DNA of 64,000 bases from Camelus dromedarius (GCF_036321535.1 NC_087437.1:103542001-103606000), one strand, 5' to 3'; shown: positions 49,907 through 64,000, numbered from the stretch's first letter. Notes: generated by a model not told the origin, from the sequence alone. Made by a program: numbers and translations.

Positions 49907-52851
49907 CATTACTGGTTCAATGGTTCAGGAAAAAAAGTCAATATATTTGCACATTTTCTGTAAATGTTGATTTCTTAAAAATTATTAAGAAAGGTCAATA
50001 GGAAGATAAAATGGAACGGTAAATAGAACTTAAAAGAAGTTTGTTGGATGAAGAATGCAGAAGGGCCATTTCAGGAAAAGGAAAACACACGTGGAGTGAA
50101 ATAATAATAAAATATATTATTCATACACTACTCAATAACAGATGAGAAGTTTACAAGGACCAGAGTGCAGTTTTCATGAGGTATGTGGCCAAAGCAGAAA
50201 ATAAAATCTGAGAGCATTGTTGAGACCAGAATGTGATGAACCTTTTACGTCATGCTAAGGTATTTGTAATCCAAACTAAAAGCAACAGTAAGTTAAAGAA
50301 GATAGGTAGTTACTATTGCATCATAGTTTTATTGGCAGAAAATAAATCCAGTATGGATGTGGTGGAGGTAGGAATAGATGATAGGGTCTTTGAGTACAAG
50401 TGAAAGAATTTTAATATTAACAAGACACTACACAATCCTAATCCAGGGAAGATAAAGGGTACACACAGACAGAAGCAAAGGGCATATCTGAGATGCCCTT
50501 CACTTACTTCCATCATCTCCTCATGCATTGGTCTTAAAATAATGGAAGTGAATGAATCAATCATGTTGCTGAGGGCTTTGATTTGAAAGGAAATGGCTAT
50601 GCCATAGATGGTCTACTGAATTCCAGTAAATAGCAAAATCCTGGCAGAACTGAAGAGTTCAATTTGAATTATATTTGGCTTGTGTTACATGTAGGGTAAT
50701 AATTCAACAATGTGTAGTAGTTTAATAGACATATGTGTGGATCTTAGAGGGCCTTAAAATTTGGGTCTCACCAGAAGAGTTGAGTAACTGTATCGGGAAA
50801 CATAAAAATGGCTGAGATCACAGAAAACAAAAAAGGTATTTTTAATCAAGAAGAGGAAAGAAAGTTGCTAAATGTTTCCCCCAAATTCAATCTGATCCTA
50901 ACTTTAAGTCAAATCAGTCAGTATCATCTATGTTAATAGATACAGGGGTGGGAGGGTGGAGAAGCAAACTTGGAAACAACGCTCATTCTAACCATCTCCA
51001 TTTAGAAGAGTATTTCTAAATGTTTTCAATCATAAATATGCTTAAGCATTTTATCTGTGCACAGGTAATCAAGAGAAAGTTATTTCCCTATTTAATACAG
51101 TCATCAATAAAATATTCACATATATTTTAGACAAAAGTTGCTTGAAAACCTTGGGAATATTTTTCTGCTCTCTCTTTTGCAATTAAATATGCAAAAATGT
51201 GTTTCTCTTGGTCTCTAGGATTCTTTACGCTTTGCCATTTTGTGACATTTAAAAAATAGTATACCAAATAGAAAAGGCATGGTCTGCCCTTTAGAAAACA
51301 ATGGCACAAAATGCTTATATTTATTTTCAAAGCTGAACAAATGACTGGAAATAGATGGAATCTGTTCTAAAAGAAGCCAATATATCATAAGTCACAAGAA
51401 AAGAATCTAATCAGCTTGAGGATGGTTCATTTTCACTGATTTTTTTTTTTTAGTAAATGTTATTATTTCCTAGAATATGGTAACTTTTAAACGCAAAATT
51501 TTTAAGTAATCTGTACTTTACCTGGAGCTAATGCAGGATGTCATCTTTCAAAGCGTATGACAGGACTCTCCAATGGAAAAGGAATTTTAACTAATCTTTT
51601 CCTTTATAATTTGAAAGAAATTATCAATAATTATGTGATAGTTCAGGGAACAAAAACATTCACAAGGAGCTTATTTGGATTTAGAGGAACCACTGGGTTT
51701 ATTTTGATCTTATTTTTCCTCTGTACAACGTGGAACTGGGTGTTAAACATTCCATGGGTTCACAGACTGTAACATAACTGATTGTTATATTACGGTAAAA
51801 TGGGATAATGCGTGTAAACCACTAGGATACAGATGTTGTTTTTATCATTGTCACAGCTTCCACATTTTCAAAAACAGCCAGCCTGGCTTGTCAATATCAA
51901 TTACAGTGATATTTGATTTAATCTCTTACCTGCTCAACTGTAATGTTCAGAACATAACCCGATTTACTTCATGGTAGTGTTGTAACAGTAAATTGTAGTT
52001 TTAGATATGAAAGTACTTAAAATATATTTAGTGCTTGACACACACTATATTTTTGTTCATTTCCAAGAACCATGATGTTGGATTATTTGTATGTGCCTTG
52101 GTACTAGAGTTAATGAAAGCAAGTATTTTTGAAATACCTGGTAATTTAATTCAAATAGCCTTTTTCAACATGAATGCTTATTCAGGCATAGGGTACTGTT
52201 TTCATTAAGAAAAGGTTGATGTAGATTGAGTTCACTATTTTCCCTCTTTTTGAGGACAAACATCACTGATCATTATTCATAAGTTGTAAGTTGTTTGTTA
52301 TTGACAGGATCCTGACCATAAAAAAAGCTGTGCCCTCTTACAGGTATGAATGCCTTGCGGGCCATGCTTGTGTAGTTCTGTTTCTCTCTAGGCTACACTT
52401 ATAACATATTTATTTTTATTTTTATTTTTATAACATTTTTAAATACAACCTTTACTCTCTGTTATACAATTTGAATTCTATGTAAAAAAAAGTTTTTTAA
52501 CCATATTCCAGAATTGAGAACTGGGCTGCATCCCCAACATTTCCACAATTTAAAAATTATTTATATTCTTAACAAAATTAAGGTTATATTAGGATTTTAA
52601 ATGAAATGCTATCAGTTCATACCTAGTAAATTTCTCTATGTTTTTGTGAAGTAAATATTAATTTATAAATGCATCAGCTCCAAAAGAATTTAAAATAGAA
52701 TGTGAGTACTACCATTTTTTTTTCCAGTAAAAGCTAAGTGGCTTATTACTCTTAGCATTCTTAATTTATGTTTAATCAAGAAGATATGACCTATAATTGT
52801 AGTTGTGTACTTGAATGCAGAAAAAGAGGTAAGACATGTGATTTGAAGAAA

Positions 52852-52943
52852 GCCATTTTATATGAGAGACTTGCATATCTGCAGATTTTGTTATCCACAA
52901 GGGTCCTGAAACCAATCTCCCACAGATACCAAAGAGCAAATGG
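52852..52943. mobile_element. MER2 (Tigger2-derived) terminal fragment
   Basis: ccattttatatgagagacttg...gattttgttatccacaagggtcctgaaaccaatctcccacagatacc. Confidence 0.75.
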
Positions 52944-52957
52944 ATATGTATATAAAC

Positions 52958-53047
52958 TCTATTTGGTCTAAAGTATAGTTCAGGCCCAGTGTTTCCTTAT
53001 TGATTTTTTTTTTTTGGTCTGGATGATCTATATATATATATATGATC

Positions 53048-53086
<39 letters not shown>

Positions 53087-53450
53087 TTGTTATATCATCA
53101 TGATGAATTGACCCATTTATTATTATATAATAGTCTTCTTTATCTCTTGTTAATTCTTTTGACTTAGGACCTATTTCCTCTGATTTCCCTTTGCTCTCTT
53201 TTGGTTTTCTTTTGCATAGAATTTTTTTTCCCATCCCTTTACTTTGAGCCTATGTTTGTCCCTAATGCTGAAGTGAGTCTCTTGTAGGCAACAAACTGTT
53301 GGGTCTTGTTATTTTGTCCATTTAGCCACTGTATAGAATTTATTGGAGAAAATAATCCATTTACATGTAAAGTAATTATTGATAGGTAAATATTTACTTA
53401 TGCCATCTTTTTAATTGTTGTCTGGTTGTTTTGTAATACTTTTATCATTT
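52958..53450 (-). mobile_element. L1 ORF2 endonuclease-region remnant
   Basis: ORF 53028..53234 contains TRDKEDYYIIINGSIHHDDITIL, homologous to L1 ORF2p TRDKEGHYIMIKGSIxQEDITI. Disrupted by deletions and a microsatellite. Confidence 0.85.
53029..53083. repeat. (TA)n/(CA)n compound microsatellite
   Basis: Directly visible. Confidence 0.95.
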
Positions 53451-53759
53451 CCCTATTTGCTCCAACGGTGTGTTGAAACTTCTCTGCTGAACTCCTAGAT
53501 TTCCACAGACACTCTCATCTGTAGGTGATACTCTAAATCAGTGTTCTTGGCAGGGGTAGATTGTGGAAAACTCCTCTTTCACCATTTTGGTAACATCACT
53601 CAAATCTCAACTAAATTTGATTACCATGCCTCTTGGAGCAAAATTTCTTTCCATCTTTGGACCAGAAGAATTAAAGAGATAAGTTATCAGCTTCCAACAT
53701 CCCTAAATAAAATGTTACGACAGGCATAAGATAACATCTATAGAAATCTCACTATTTTG

Positions 53760-54480
53760 GGTTTCTGCTTAGATGGTTCACGGATAACACTCCTTGGCTT
53801 TTTTATACCTTCTGGTTTGACTGAAAAAGATCTATAAGGCACACTTTTAATCTAAAGTGATCTAATACTCTAACCTTTGATTCTTTTGTGTTTTCGGCAA
53901 AATATGGTATACCCTCAGACTTTTCTCTATGTCTCATATTTTGTAGCCATTTACTAATTTTAGCATTTTTGCCAACTGGATAGTCTCAGAATTTCCCAAA
54001 TCAAAATTCTATACGTCCTTTTTCTTAACAGTTCTTTCAATGTATCTAGGCAACAATAAACAAGGCACTGTCTTCAGCACTTTCCTTGGAAGTAACCTCA
54101 ACAAAATAGTCAAGTTTATTGCTTAAGAGCTCTGCTTTTTGCCTTAGTTTAGGACTCAGTTTTGCTAAGGTATGATCACTACCTTTCTGCAATTACCTTC
54201 CTATGTTTTCCAATAACATGCTTTTCACTTTCTTCTGAGCCCTCACTGGCTTCTGAAAGTCAGATATCTACTAAAAGTCTTTTTTTCTATATAATTTAGA
54301 CTTTTAAAAAGATGATTTAGTATTTATATGATATACTCCTCACTTCCAACTGAACCCTCACAGGAAATGTCTAGTATTCATATTTCTAATAACTCGTTCA
54401 AGGCAACCTAGGCTTTTTTTTTTTTCTTCTCCTATCTTGTGCCTCAAAAATTCTTTCAGCCTCTTCCCAACTGTCTGAAA
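53760..54480 (-). mobile_element. MaLR internal (MLT-int-like) remnant
   Basis: cttcagcactttccttggaagt...ttccaataacatg...ttctgagccctcac resembles antisense MaLR internal sequence, and it sits next to an MLT1 LTR. Confidence 0.5.
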
Positions 54481-54499
54481 TCTGATGTCTAGCCACTGT

Positions 54500-54986
54500 G
54501 ACTCAGTACATACAAAATACCACAAGCCTGAAATAAAGTATCATTTAGGCTGAGTTCTCTTCTAGAGGTTCTGGGGAACATCCACTTCCAACATCATTTG
54601 CATCATTGGAAGAACTACGTTTCTGGGGCTGTAGAACTCAGATCCCTGGTTCCACACAGACTGCTGTCTAGAAGCTGCTTTTCTCTCTTAAATGCTACCT
54701 GCTGTACTTGCCATATGGATCATCCAACTTCAAGCAAACATCATTTCAAATTCTCCCTATTGTTGAAATCTCTAACTTCTACTTCTACAATCAACGGGAG
54801 AAAATGCTGTCTTTAAAGGAGACATGCGATTATGTCAAGACCACCCATGAGTTTTCTATCTTAAGGGCAACTATGTAATATACACGACCTAATTACAGGA
54901 GTAAAATCCACCTAACTATCCGTTTTACGCATATCATGCACACCAGAAAGGGAAATCCTGGAGATTTTAGGATTCTGTCTACTACA
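54500..54986 (-). mobile_element. MLT1E/F-like LTR
   Basis: ttctagaggttctggggaacatccacttcca, ctatcttaagggcaact, and the end ttaggattctgtctactaca. Confidence 0.75.
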
Positions 54987-55039
54987 CTGATATTGCCATG
55001 TATTCCTTTCTCAAGGATCATTTGCTGAGTCATCATGGA

Positions 55040-55850
55040 CTGAATTAGGATTGGTATAGGCAGAAAGAATTTACACGGGGAAAGATCACAACTGAGACTG
55101 AGTCCTGCTCTAGACCTATATCGACAAGTCTTAAAACCAAATAGACAATAGAGGATCACCAAACATTTAAGAAAATCTAGTAAGAACGTTACAGAAAATA
55201 AGGCAAACAGAATTATAGTCCTAAATAACTGATGATAATTCATGGAAAATAAATGACTCTAAAAAATTTAATGTCTGTCTTCTTAAAGATTTGAAATAAT
55301 ACTGAATTTATATAAGAGGAAAATGTTCTTATGAATAAGAATTAAAATTAATAATTTCACTGCAGTTAACAACACAGTATTTTTTAAATAAATATAATAT
55401 TAAAAAAAAATCATTACAAGATTGCAGGAGAAAAGGAATGAATTCTTCCAGAATAAGGAACCAAAAGACAGAAGAATAAGATGAATAAAGTATAGAAAAG
55501 ATATAAAAAAACCAGTCCAAGTGGTAATGCATCCACATAATATAGTAGCAGAAAAGAAAAAAAAAAATTAACAAAATGAGATGATATAATCAGAGATTTC
55601 TACAAATTCTCAGACCTGAAGAATGAATTTTCAACATGAAAAATCTAGACAAGTGCTCAGAAACTGAATTAAAATTTATTTACAATTAGACACCTCCTTC
55701 AGAATTTTGACAAACTCCAAGTGAAATACAAGATCTTAAAAGTTTTCAGAGAAAAACTACAGGTTATCTCTTAAGGAAAAGAAATCACTGATATTTTTCC
55801 CAAAACACAGAATGTTAGAAGATAACGTGACAGTTCACCCAATAACATAG
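55040..55850 (+). mobile_element. Ancient L1M ORF1-region remnant
   Basis: A-rich, with aggatcaccaaacatttaagaaaa, aattctcagacctgaagaa and agatcttaaaagttttcagaga motifs. Confidence 0.5.
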
Positions 55851-55885
55851 GAGCTATTTGAATTCTATACGTTTGCTGTCTTTAC

Positions 55886-56255
55886 TGTAGATAGTGGGGG
55901 GAATAAAATATACTTGATATGCTGGTCTGTCTTGCAATCAACTTAGGGTAGGCATAGAGAAACCTGTGAGTCTTGTCTTAATAGTAAGGGTAAGCACTAG
56001 AGGAAGGGTTTGCTTTACATTTTCCCCTTTAGGAAAGGGTATGACAGCTAGACAGGCATCATCATCTTATGAACATGAAAATCAAAACTGCATAACTGAG
56101 GATATAGGTGCTGGAAGGTGGGCAACACATGTTTCCTTGCTGGTATCTCTGAACTGCCAAATCATCTTCAGACTTCTCAGCCAAAATAAATCTTTCATTT
56201 CTTTAAAACATTTGAGGGGAGTTCCTCTTAATCTCAACTGAATTCATTCCTAATA
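55886..56255 (+). mobile_element. Old MLT1 (K/L-like) LTR
   Basis: catcatcttatgaacatgaaa...ctgaggat...tttccttgctggtatctctgaactg...aataaatc...caactgaattcattcctaa. Confidence 0.5.
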
Positions 56256-57689
56256 AAAAAATCCCAGTCAAACTATAAGCTGAGTGCCAAAGCTAAATAA
56301 AGTTTTTAAATTATAAGTCAATAGTAATTTAATTAAGTATTACTCTATCTAAAAGAATCATTCAAGAATATATTCATCAGAATTCTAACACAATTACTAT
56401 AATGAACATGAGTTTAAGTGTGGACTTAATTCAAAAGGGTCGTGAAATTAATTGATAGGTTGAAGGATGCCTAGCAAGACTAGAAAGTCGTCCATTCAAA
56501 TTAAAAGAAAATGTCAACTTCTTCCAAAAAAAATTTCACTAGAAAGAGTGATTAAATAGAAATAGTATGATTAAAAATCTGAATAATCTTGAGGCTAGAG
56601 TGTAGCTGTATTACTATAAAATAAATGAATAATTGTAAAATATGTGTATATCCCTAAATCATATAACTTCATCTATAAATGCTATATATTTATACATAAA
56701 TTATAGATAGGCAAATAACTGTACCTCTATTGGAATTAAAATTCTAATTTTATATAAATACATATATAAAATATAGTTGATCCTCTATTGATAGTGAATA
56801 AATGGTACATAAATTACAATTACATGCATTTAGTTCAAACAACAGTTTAAGGATAAAGCAAAAATATAACAATGGTGTTAATGCAGATCAATAAATAATA
56901 TTTCCAAGGTAGAAGAATGAACAAGTGTGTACAACTGATGTTAAGAAGAGTCAAAAGGAAAACATTATTAAATATGAGAGCTAATCATTTATTATTTTAT
57001 AAGTAAAATATGTTTTATCCAACAGTTTTGTGACAATGAAAATTGACAACTTTTACCTTTGCCAAAAAAACGGTATTTTCTTTTTATGCTTTCAACCTTC
57101 CAAGAGGAAGGAGAACAATATATTTAATGGAATACAGTAATAACACATTATGCAACTATAATTAGTGGATGTCAAATAACGTTGTCACTGAATACAATTG
57201 TTAAAAAGTCAAAGTTTATCTTCAGTGCATCAGCATTTTAATTTCTCTGCTATAAATGCAAATTTTCAGCTCACAATTAACTGCATCTGCACTGTTTTTT
57301 CTATCCTCTTCTATTCCCTAACTCCTATTTCTTCATAAAAATTCTGCTCAGAAATTATTCTCCTTGTTAGGTATAAATTATGATTACAGTTCAAATAGCT
57401 ACAGTTCTCAGGGGTTGCAGGATTTGAATGGGCATAAAAGGTGGTTAGTAAAATAAAATTCTTAAGTTAGAAAAACGAAACAATTGTAGAAATTCAAGCG
57501 TCATGAAACTGCTTAGATGAGATGAGGTGAGGACGAGGTGAAGTTCATTTCTTTGATTATAAAATCTGATCAAGTAAATGGTTATACAATTTATTTATGA
57601 GAAATATAGCTTTTAAATTAGAAGATACGTATTATTTCCCACATATTTTCAAATAATTAATTAGTCCATTTAGTAGATTGAAATATTGC

Positions 57690-58000
57690 TTTCTGAGATT
57701 TTGGCTAGAATTGCATTGAATCGTGAGATCTGTTTAAGAGAACTGACGTCTTTAAAATACAGCATTTCAACTTATGAATTTATTTAGGTCTTATGTAACT
57801 TCTCACAAATATGTTTGTGTTTTTTGGTGTACATGTTTTGCACATATTTTGTTAGATATATTTTTAAGTACTAGATGTTTATTTGCTGTTGTTAAGTGAT
57901 ATCTTTTTATTTTAGGTTCTATTTATGTTGCCTGTATGTAGAAATAAAATAGATTTTTAAAAATTTTACTGATGTGTAGCCTATCAAGAAGAGACATGAA
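57690..58000 (-). mobile_element. Old L1M ORF2 remnant
   Basis: gaattgcattgaatc...agagaactgacgtcttta...tttatttaggtctt...cacatattttgttagat. Confidence 0.65.
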
Positions 58001-59953
58001 CAAATCATAAGCTCAATGAATTTTTCAAAGTATGTCCATTTGACCACCCAGTGTATAATTTCTAGTAGATTATTTTGGTTATTTGAATAAATGAATATTA
58101 AATGTTGCTCTTGGAATAGTAATATCTACTTTTGTGTTCTTTTAAGTAGATGTAAAGTGGAGAAACACTGAGACATAATACACAAGTTTTTTTAACCTTA
58201 GTAATAAAAGCATGGACTATATTTGAAAGTGAAAGATAGTAATAAAGGAAAATGTATTTTACAAAGTGCTGAATACACTAAAGTTAATGCTTAGCCTCAA
58301 AAAAAAAAACAACTTCCCTGTTTGTTGTCATCTAAAACTTACTTAATAGCAAAGACAGATGTTTAAGTGATGGTGTTTGCCAAGTGTGTTTTCATTGGAC
58401 AAATATACCCTTTATGGGTTTCATAAAGTTTTAAAATAGCTAATTAACTCTCAAGTAGCAAAAGCAGTACAAATACTTTAGATTTCACCTGTCTCTGTAA
58501 GTCAGATTTTTTTTTTTCATTTTGAAGCTGGACTTTGAACAATTAAATACAGAACCATATATCTCTGCCATAAGGTAGTAAACAAAACAGAAGCTTTATG
58601 CTATAAAACAAATTATTTTGCCACAATGAAGGAGAGGTTTACTCTACCAACTCCTGAATATGTCCTCAGCACAGCTTTAGTTTTAAGAGATGATTTCCAT
58701 TTAAGTATAAGTTAACATATTAATGTCTTACGACTTTTTGGAGTTGTAGGCATATACATACATAAGTGTTAAGATTATATTAAAATTTAGAATTAAAAAT
58801 GAGAAAATGTTTATGTGTTCCAACTATTTCTTATTCCTAAACCTTTCTGTATGTAAGTACAAACAAAAAATCGTAGCAGAATATATTCTCATTGGATGGA
58901 TATGTTATTTTCAGCTTTTTTATTTTGCATATTGTGCTAAACTGTTTAATAGCAATATTCACCCATGACAACATTATGGAATATCACCTGCAACATTAAC
59001 CCTAAAATGAATGGGAAAATGTGTATGAGATGATTCAAATTAATTTATATGTTTACCTGTTGTTCTACATAAATAGTTACACCAATTATAAACAAGTGCT
59101 GATAACACACTTCCCACAGTTGGAACAATTTATAACTTCTAAAACTCAAGCCACTCAGTAATGCTATAATTGAGATTTGGATGAAAATCGTGCTTTAAAA
59201 AATGTAACAACCATTGAAAATAGAGCAAATGAATATATCCATATTTATATAATAGTGACATAAGGAACTTAAGACAAGATCAGAGGTTCTGAAAGACACA
59301 GACTGAAAACAGATTTAGCATGACAACTTTGAGAATTAAAAAAATAATGTATTTTCTATATTACACCATGAGGGGAAGAGGAAGATGCTCATAGCACTGA
59401 AACCTCACTCCTTATTGTCAGAGACTAATCAAAACTTAGGAAGTCAATCATGATTTTTTTCTTTCCTGAAAACCAAATCAATGTGATAGGTCTATAGAAA
59501 CCATTTTGCACTGCTTTAATATAGTGCTATCTGACCAAGAACTTAAATCAAAATGAGTATAAAAGAAAAGAGAACAACATTGTCCAATAATTCTGCACAT
59601 CATGAAGTCTAAGAAAATGTATTTTAAATATATTTTCATGTGATGAATCCAGATTGTAACCTTAAAGAGCCAAGGAGTATTGATAAAACCATTAGCTCAT
59701 GGATCTAATCAATAGATTCAAAGCAGAGCCTTGTCACCAACTTCTTTCCTCTCAATATGCAAACATATAATGACATGGAGCAGAGCGCAGTTGTGACAAA
59801 TTAGTCCAGGCTTAACATACAGAACACTTCTGAACCATCTCCTTTCCTGAAAGGAAGGAAGAAAGAATGGTGAGCCACCCTAACTCAACGTCAAGTTTCA
59901 ACAGCATAGCAATGGTGTCCAACACTGAGATTGAGAGAATTATAAACACTAAA

Positions 59954-60268
59954 CAGTGCTGTCCAATTGAAATATAATGTAAACCACATGTTCATTTAAA
60001 ATTATCTAGGAGCTTCATTTAAAAGGTAATAAAGAAGCAAGAGAAATTAATCTTAATAATAAATTTTATTTAACCAATATATGCAAAATATTATCTCAAC
60101 ATGAAATCAATATGAAATTATTGAGATAACTTATATTCTTTACTTCATGCCATGTCTTCAAAATCAAGTGTGTATTTTACATTTAAAGCATATGTTAATT
60201 CTGACCAGCAACATTTCAGGTGTTTATCACTTACTTGGGGTTAGTGTCCACAGTATTGGACAGCACAG
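59954..60268. mobile_element. MER33-like hAT-Charlie element
   Basis: Terminal inverted repeats cagtgctgtccaat / attggacagcacag, ~315 bp, internal aaattaatcttaataataaattttatttaacc. Confidence 0.88.
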
Positions 60269-61096
60269 CTATTTACTGGTGGAGGTCATCAATAATTGTC
60301 TGAAGAAATAATGGAGTGTGACAAGCCGTATTTTCTTAACTATCTTCCCCCGAGTGAAATCACTGTTGATGTTAATCTGTCATAATTACCCAACCTGTTA
60401 GGAACATATTTGTGTTTTTCAACATAAAAATAGCATTATCTTTGCTGATTAATTTTTTTCTTGCTGCTCAATGGAAAAAAAATAAACCAATATAAAATAT
60501 GAAGAGAAAGTAAACATAAGTGACTATTCATAAACCAAAGAGAACCAGTTAACTATTGTTAATGTTCTGGTTAGTATTTTTCCGGACATCTCTGTGTGGG
60601 TAAAAATAAACTATTCATGTGTTTAATGCCCAATAATATATTGTAAACCATATGAATTTATGAATATTAAATCTTTTCACATTTTTTCCAAGTACAAATT
60701 CTGGAAGAGAGAATCTTTTTAATGATTTAAAATAAGTGTCATCAGTAACATAGAGGAATATGGTGATCTACTTTCATAATTTGTTGCTCATTCCATTAAT
60801 TAGGGAAACAAAATGTCATTGAAATAACAGATGCTTAAATCAAAGCATTAAAGGACAACTTGTCAGTAAAACCCCTCACAGTAGATATTTCACTTGGTGT
60901 CTGGAAATGTTTGACCTTTCCCGAATTTGTCCCCAACCACATGCCGTCTAACTCAGATTATTGTTCCAAAAATTAATAGGAGTTAACTCCATTAAAATGC
61001 AGGTCCCCTGGGGGCTGTACTTCATCTCTTTGTTCTGCGTTACTTCCTCATGTAGCTACTGATTAGGCGTAAGATGGAAGTAAGAGAGGGTTACAT

Positions 61097-61119
61097 AAAA
61101 AAAAAAAAAAAAAAAAAAA
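61097..61119 (+). repeat. Poly(A)23 tract
   Basis: Directly visible; no attached retroposon body or TSD recognised. Confidence 0.9.
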
Positions 61120-64000
61120 CAGGTACCCTAAACCTAAAATTATTTTTTACCAGGTTACTATCATGAATTTTCTAAAGCATTTACAAAGCTGCAATTTGGG
61201 CAACAATTTAGGAAGCAAACAGAAGGATATCAGTTTCTACTTGACTGCAGTAAAAAAATGCAGATACAGCTTACAGCTAATAGAAGGAGATGAAGTTCCC
61301 ATTTTTCTAGAAAACATAAATTGCCAAGTGTGAGCTGCTTGTTCTATGGTGCTAACCTAGCTTGCAATGAACATGTTATATTAATTGAAGTAAAAGAAAA
61401 AATCTGTGCCACTCTGATGATGTATTTTCAGCTTGGCGGGATAAACATTAGAGTTACTGAGGTCAGGGTGTGCCTCCACTCCTATGAAAGACTGCACGTG
61501 ACTTCATCACAGCAGAGGAGAACACTGCCTACACACCGTGTGTCATGTATCTGGTTGACTATCACACACATGCGCATCTTGTCTCATTGTCAGGTTGTAA
61601 ATGAGAAGGGAAATTGAAAAAGGAGCAGGATAAAAGTTTGATTTGTTAATCAATGTCTTTCCCTAGATGATTAGGTTTACAGAAACTGCAAAACAAAACT
61701 AGATGTCCATCAAAGCAAAGAAAGCACCACAAGCAACAATGAAAATGCCTGCTCTGTAAATGTTCTGTTAATTAGATTTTCTGTTGTTCATATGCAATTC
61801 CTGCTGCCTCGTCTAGCTCTGTGTTACTCACAGTGTGGTTGATCCACGAAGTCAATTCTCAAGCTGTTATCAATCTGTGACAACATAAGTATAGAGAGTA
61901 CAGACACTAATAATAAACATTTAGAACATTTTTAGCAATAGGATGGAGTACTTTTACGGCTATAGAATTAAATAATTTTTAACATGTCTGGATTATATAT
62001 TTATGTTTTTTAAATTTAATTTTTACAGTTAATTACTATTATTGTATTTTACAAAAGTAATGGCCCATGTGGAATTGGAAATGTAGGATTTTTGGTCATC
62101 ACAGATAGCACTTGTCTAGGCCATTGCCTTGAAAAACTGTTAAGTGACAGACTTGGTCAAGACCTCAAATTTGTCAAGACACCAACCTGTCAGCAGATAA
62201 GAGGTGTATCAAGAAAAGGGAACAGGTGCTTGAAAGCCAGGAATGCTGGTGTAATCAGTTGATTCATTCTTGAACTTATTCTCTTCACTTTGGAGTTCAT
62301 GCTTAGTGCAAGCTTAACAAGACTTTCACTATTTATTATGTGGGCCAATATGAGGACATACATATAAATGAACTTTATAAGTACATATAGTTTTCAAGTA
62401 TTTATTTTTCTTGGTCCCCTACCTATTTCATGAGGATTTTTGATCCACAAGCAAAATTACTTGGACTGTATGTTTTAATGTTGCAGAACAAACACTAATA
62501 AGAATGCCATTCTTAATTCCACATTTAGTATGCAGGTGGTTTGCACACAGACATACACTCAGAGCAAAGGAAAGTATATTTTATTTAGTACTTATCAAGG
62601 CATTCCAGAATAGTTCCTGAGTTCGTCATCACTGGGGTCTCTTTTGCCAACTGGTAACTCAGATATTACTTATTTTTAAGAAATTGTAGGAAGTAAAAAT
62701 ACTCTTTAATATTTAAGTTTTGTATTATTTTATAATATTGACCACTTAAAAATTAGTTTAGGTTACCTTGTTTATTTTTGTTCCTTCATTAACCATGGAT
62801 GTGGTCAATGAAACAAACATATACGTATGTATATATATTCCTAATACTAGATACCTATTTATTAAAAATATCTATTAAGCATTAAATTCATCAGATATAG
62901 TTTTGAAAGTTAGGGATATTATGCAAGTAAACTATTTAGAACCACATGAACTAATGAAATAATTCTAAAGAGAAATTTATACTCATTTTATTTATGATTT
63001 TTCTCAGTAACATAACAAGATAATCTAAAGAACACAAATTGATAAAAAACTCTTTTTCAGAAACAACAATAAATTCATATGGTAAGATATTAACAGACTA
63101 TTTTTATCATCAATTTTACTATTGATTATAATAATTGTTTAGAACATAGAGTGAAAATGTCCAAGTAATCATACTATAAAATAGATTTTATCATTAGTGA
63201 CTGTGACAACATTAATAATTTACTTATTTTGTTCACATTATTTTTAAATTGCAGATTCTATCCCTGACATGGGAAAATTTTTTTAAACTCAAAATGAAGA
63301 GTAATCTATATCCCTAGACTTCCTTACTGTCATCATGAACTAAGTTATATGTTAGCTGTGAAAAAACAAAATAATACAATTAACTTTAAGAAGTACAAAA
63401 ATGATAGTACCTGAGGATTTCCTAAATTTGGCTAAATTTTTTAACATTTCAATTTTGGTAGTGAATAAATTTTCACAATGAATCAGTAAATAAAATGTTA
63501 TTTATCTGTATTTATCAGTAAAATAAATGTATTTATAAGTGAAATACTGGAGATCCAGTCAAAATAGCATTCTTAATGTTTCTTAGTCCAAAAAGAAACT
63601 CTCACTCCAGGAAAGCAATGTAGGCGAATTTGAGGGAGGTGAGAGAAGAAGGTACAAGGAAATCCCTCCTTTGTCTCTAAACTATGACAGTACTCCTTTT
63701 GAAGTTTTGACTTAACAAAAGTGAGTATTATGGTTATATGTAAATATGCACATTTTCTATCAAACTTTATACTACAGTAGATTTGCACTAGAAAACATTA
63801 AGTCTCAGGGTTTAATTTTGTTAGTAATAACATCAGTACTGTTAGTAAGATAGTCATAGCAGCAATATTGATAAAAAAAATTAGTAAGAATACTAGCCAT
63901 GGATTATAGGGTGGTTACTCTGACTGGAACCACACAGTAAGATTTTTGAATTTATTACCACTTTTTATCCAATCACAATATGTGAGACATTATCATTTAT

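Noticed and set aside
51515..51590. Minus-strand exon ending at ccag|gtaaag
   Set aside because: The donor is plausible, but the nearest acceptor is a weak GAG and the frames tested contain stops.
52728..52828. Plus-strand exon (ttttttccag ... gag|gtaaga)
   Set aside because: The splice-like ends enclose stop-rich AT sequence next to TE fragments, indistinguishable from a chance pseudo-exon.
964..63788. The supplied 60-116 aa ORFs as protein-coding genes
   Set aside because: All are short, many begin at non-ATG codons or lie in TEs/microsatellites, and their compositions mirror AT-rich DNA. Only 53028..53234 shows recognisable homology, and that is decayed L1 ORF2.

Overview
This is AT-rich, repeat-dense mammalian genomic DNA, either intergenic or deep inside a large intron. 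It is most likely camelid: it carries two Vic-1-like tRNA-derived SINEs and cetartiodactyl-type L1 3' ends. I can support no complete protein-coding gene, RNA gene, CRISPR array or prokaryote-type system. The supplied ORFs are short and mostly chance. The only recognisable protein homologies are a decayed L1 ORF2 endonuclease fragment (~53.1 kb) and a decayed ERVL protease/RT fragment (~25.3 kb). Most explicable sequence is ancient TE debris (L2, MIR, L1M, MLT1/MLT2, LTR16/ERVL, MER elements) plus a few younger insertions with intact TSDs. The most notable observations are: (1) a 97-bp local templated duplication inserted into an MLT2 LTR; (2) a TE-free, CpG-retaining promoter-like island at ~29-30.3 kb with a candidate ATG-bearing first exon; (3) two L1 insertions with 16-22 nt 5' micro-inversions and a 48-bp L1 with a perfect 16-bp TSD; (4) an isolated well-formed 76-nt candidate exon. 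Repeat family names come from my recall of consensus sequences, not from a database search, and boundaries of old elements are approximate. I did not find a convincing novel biological system.
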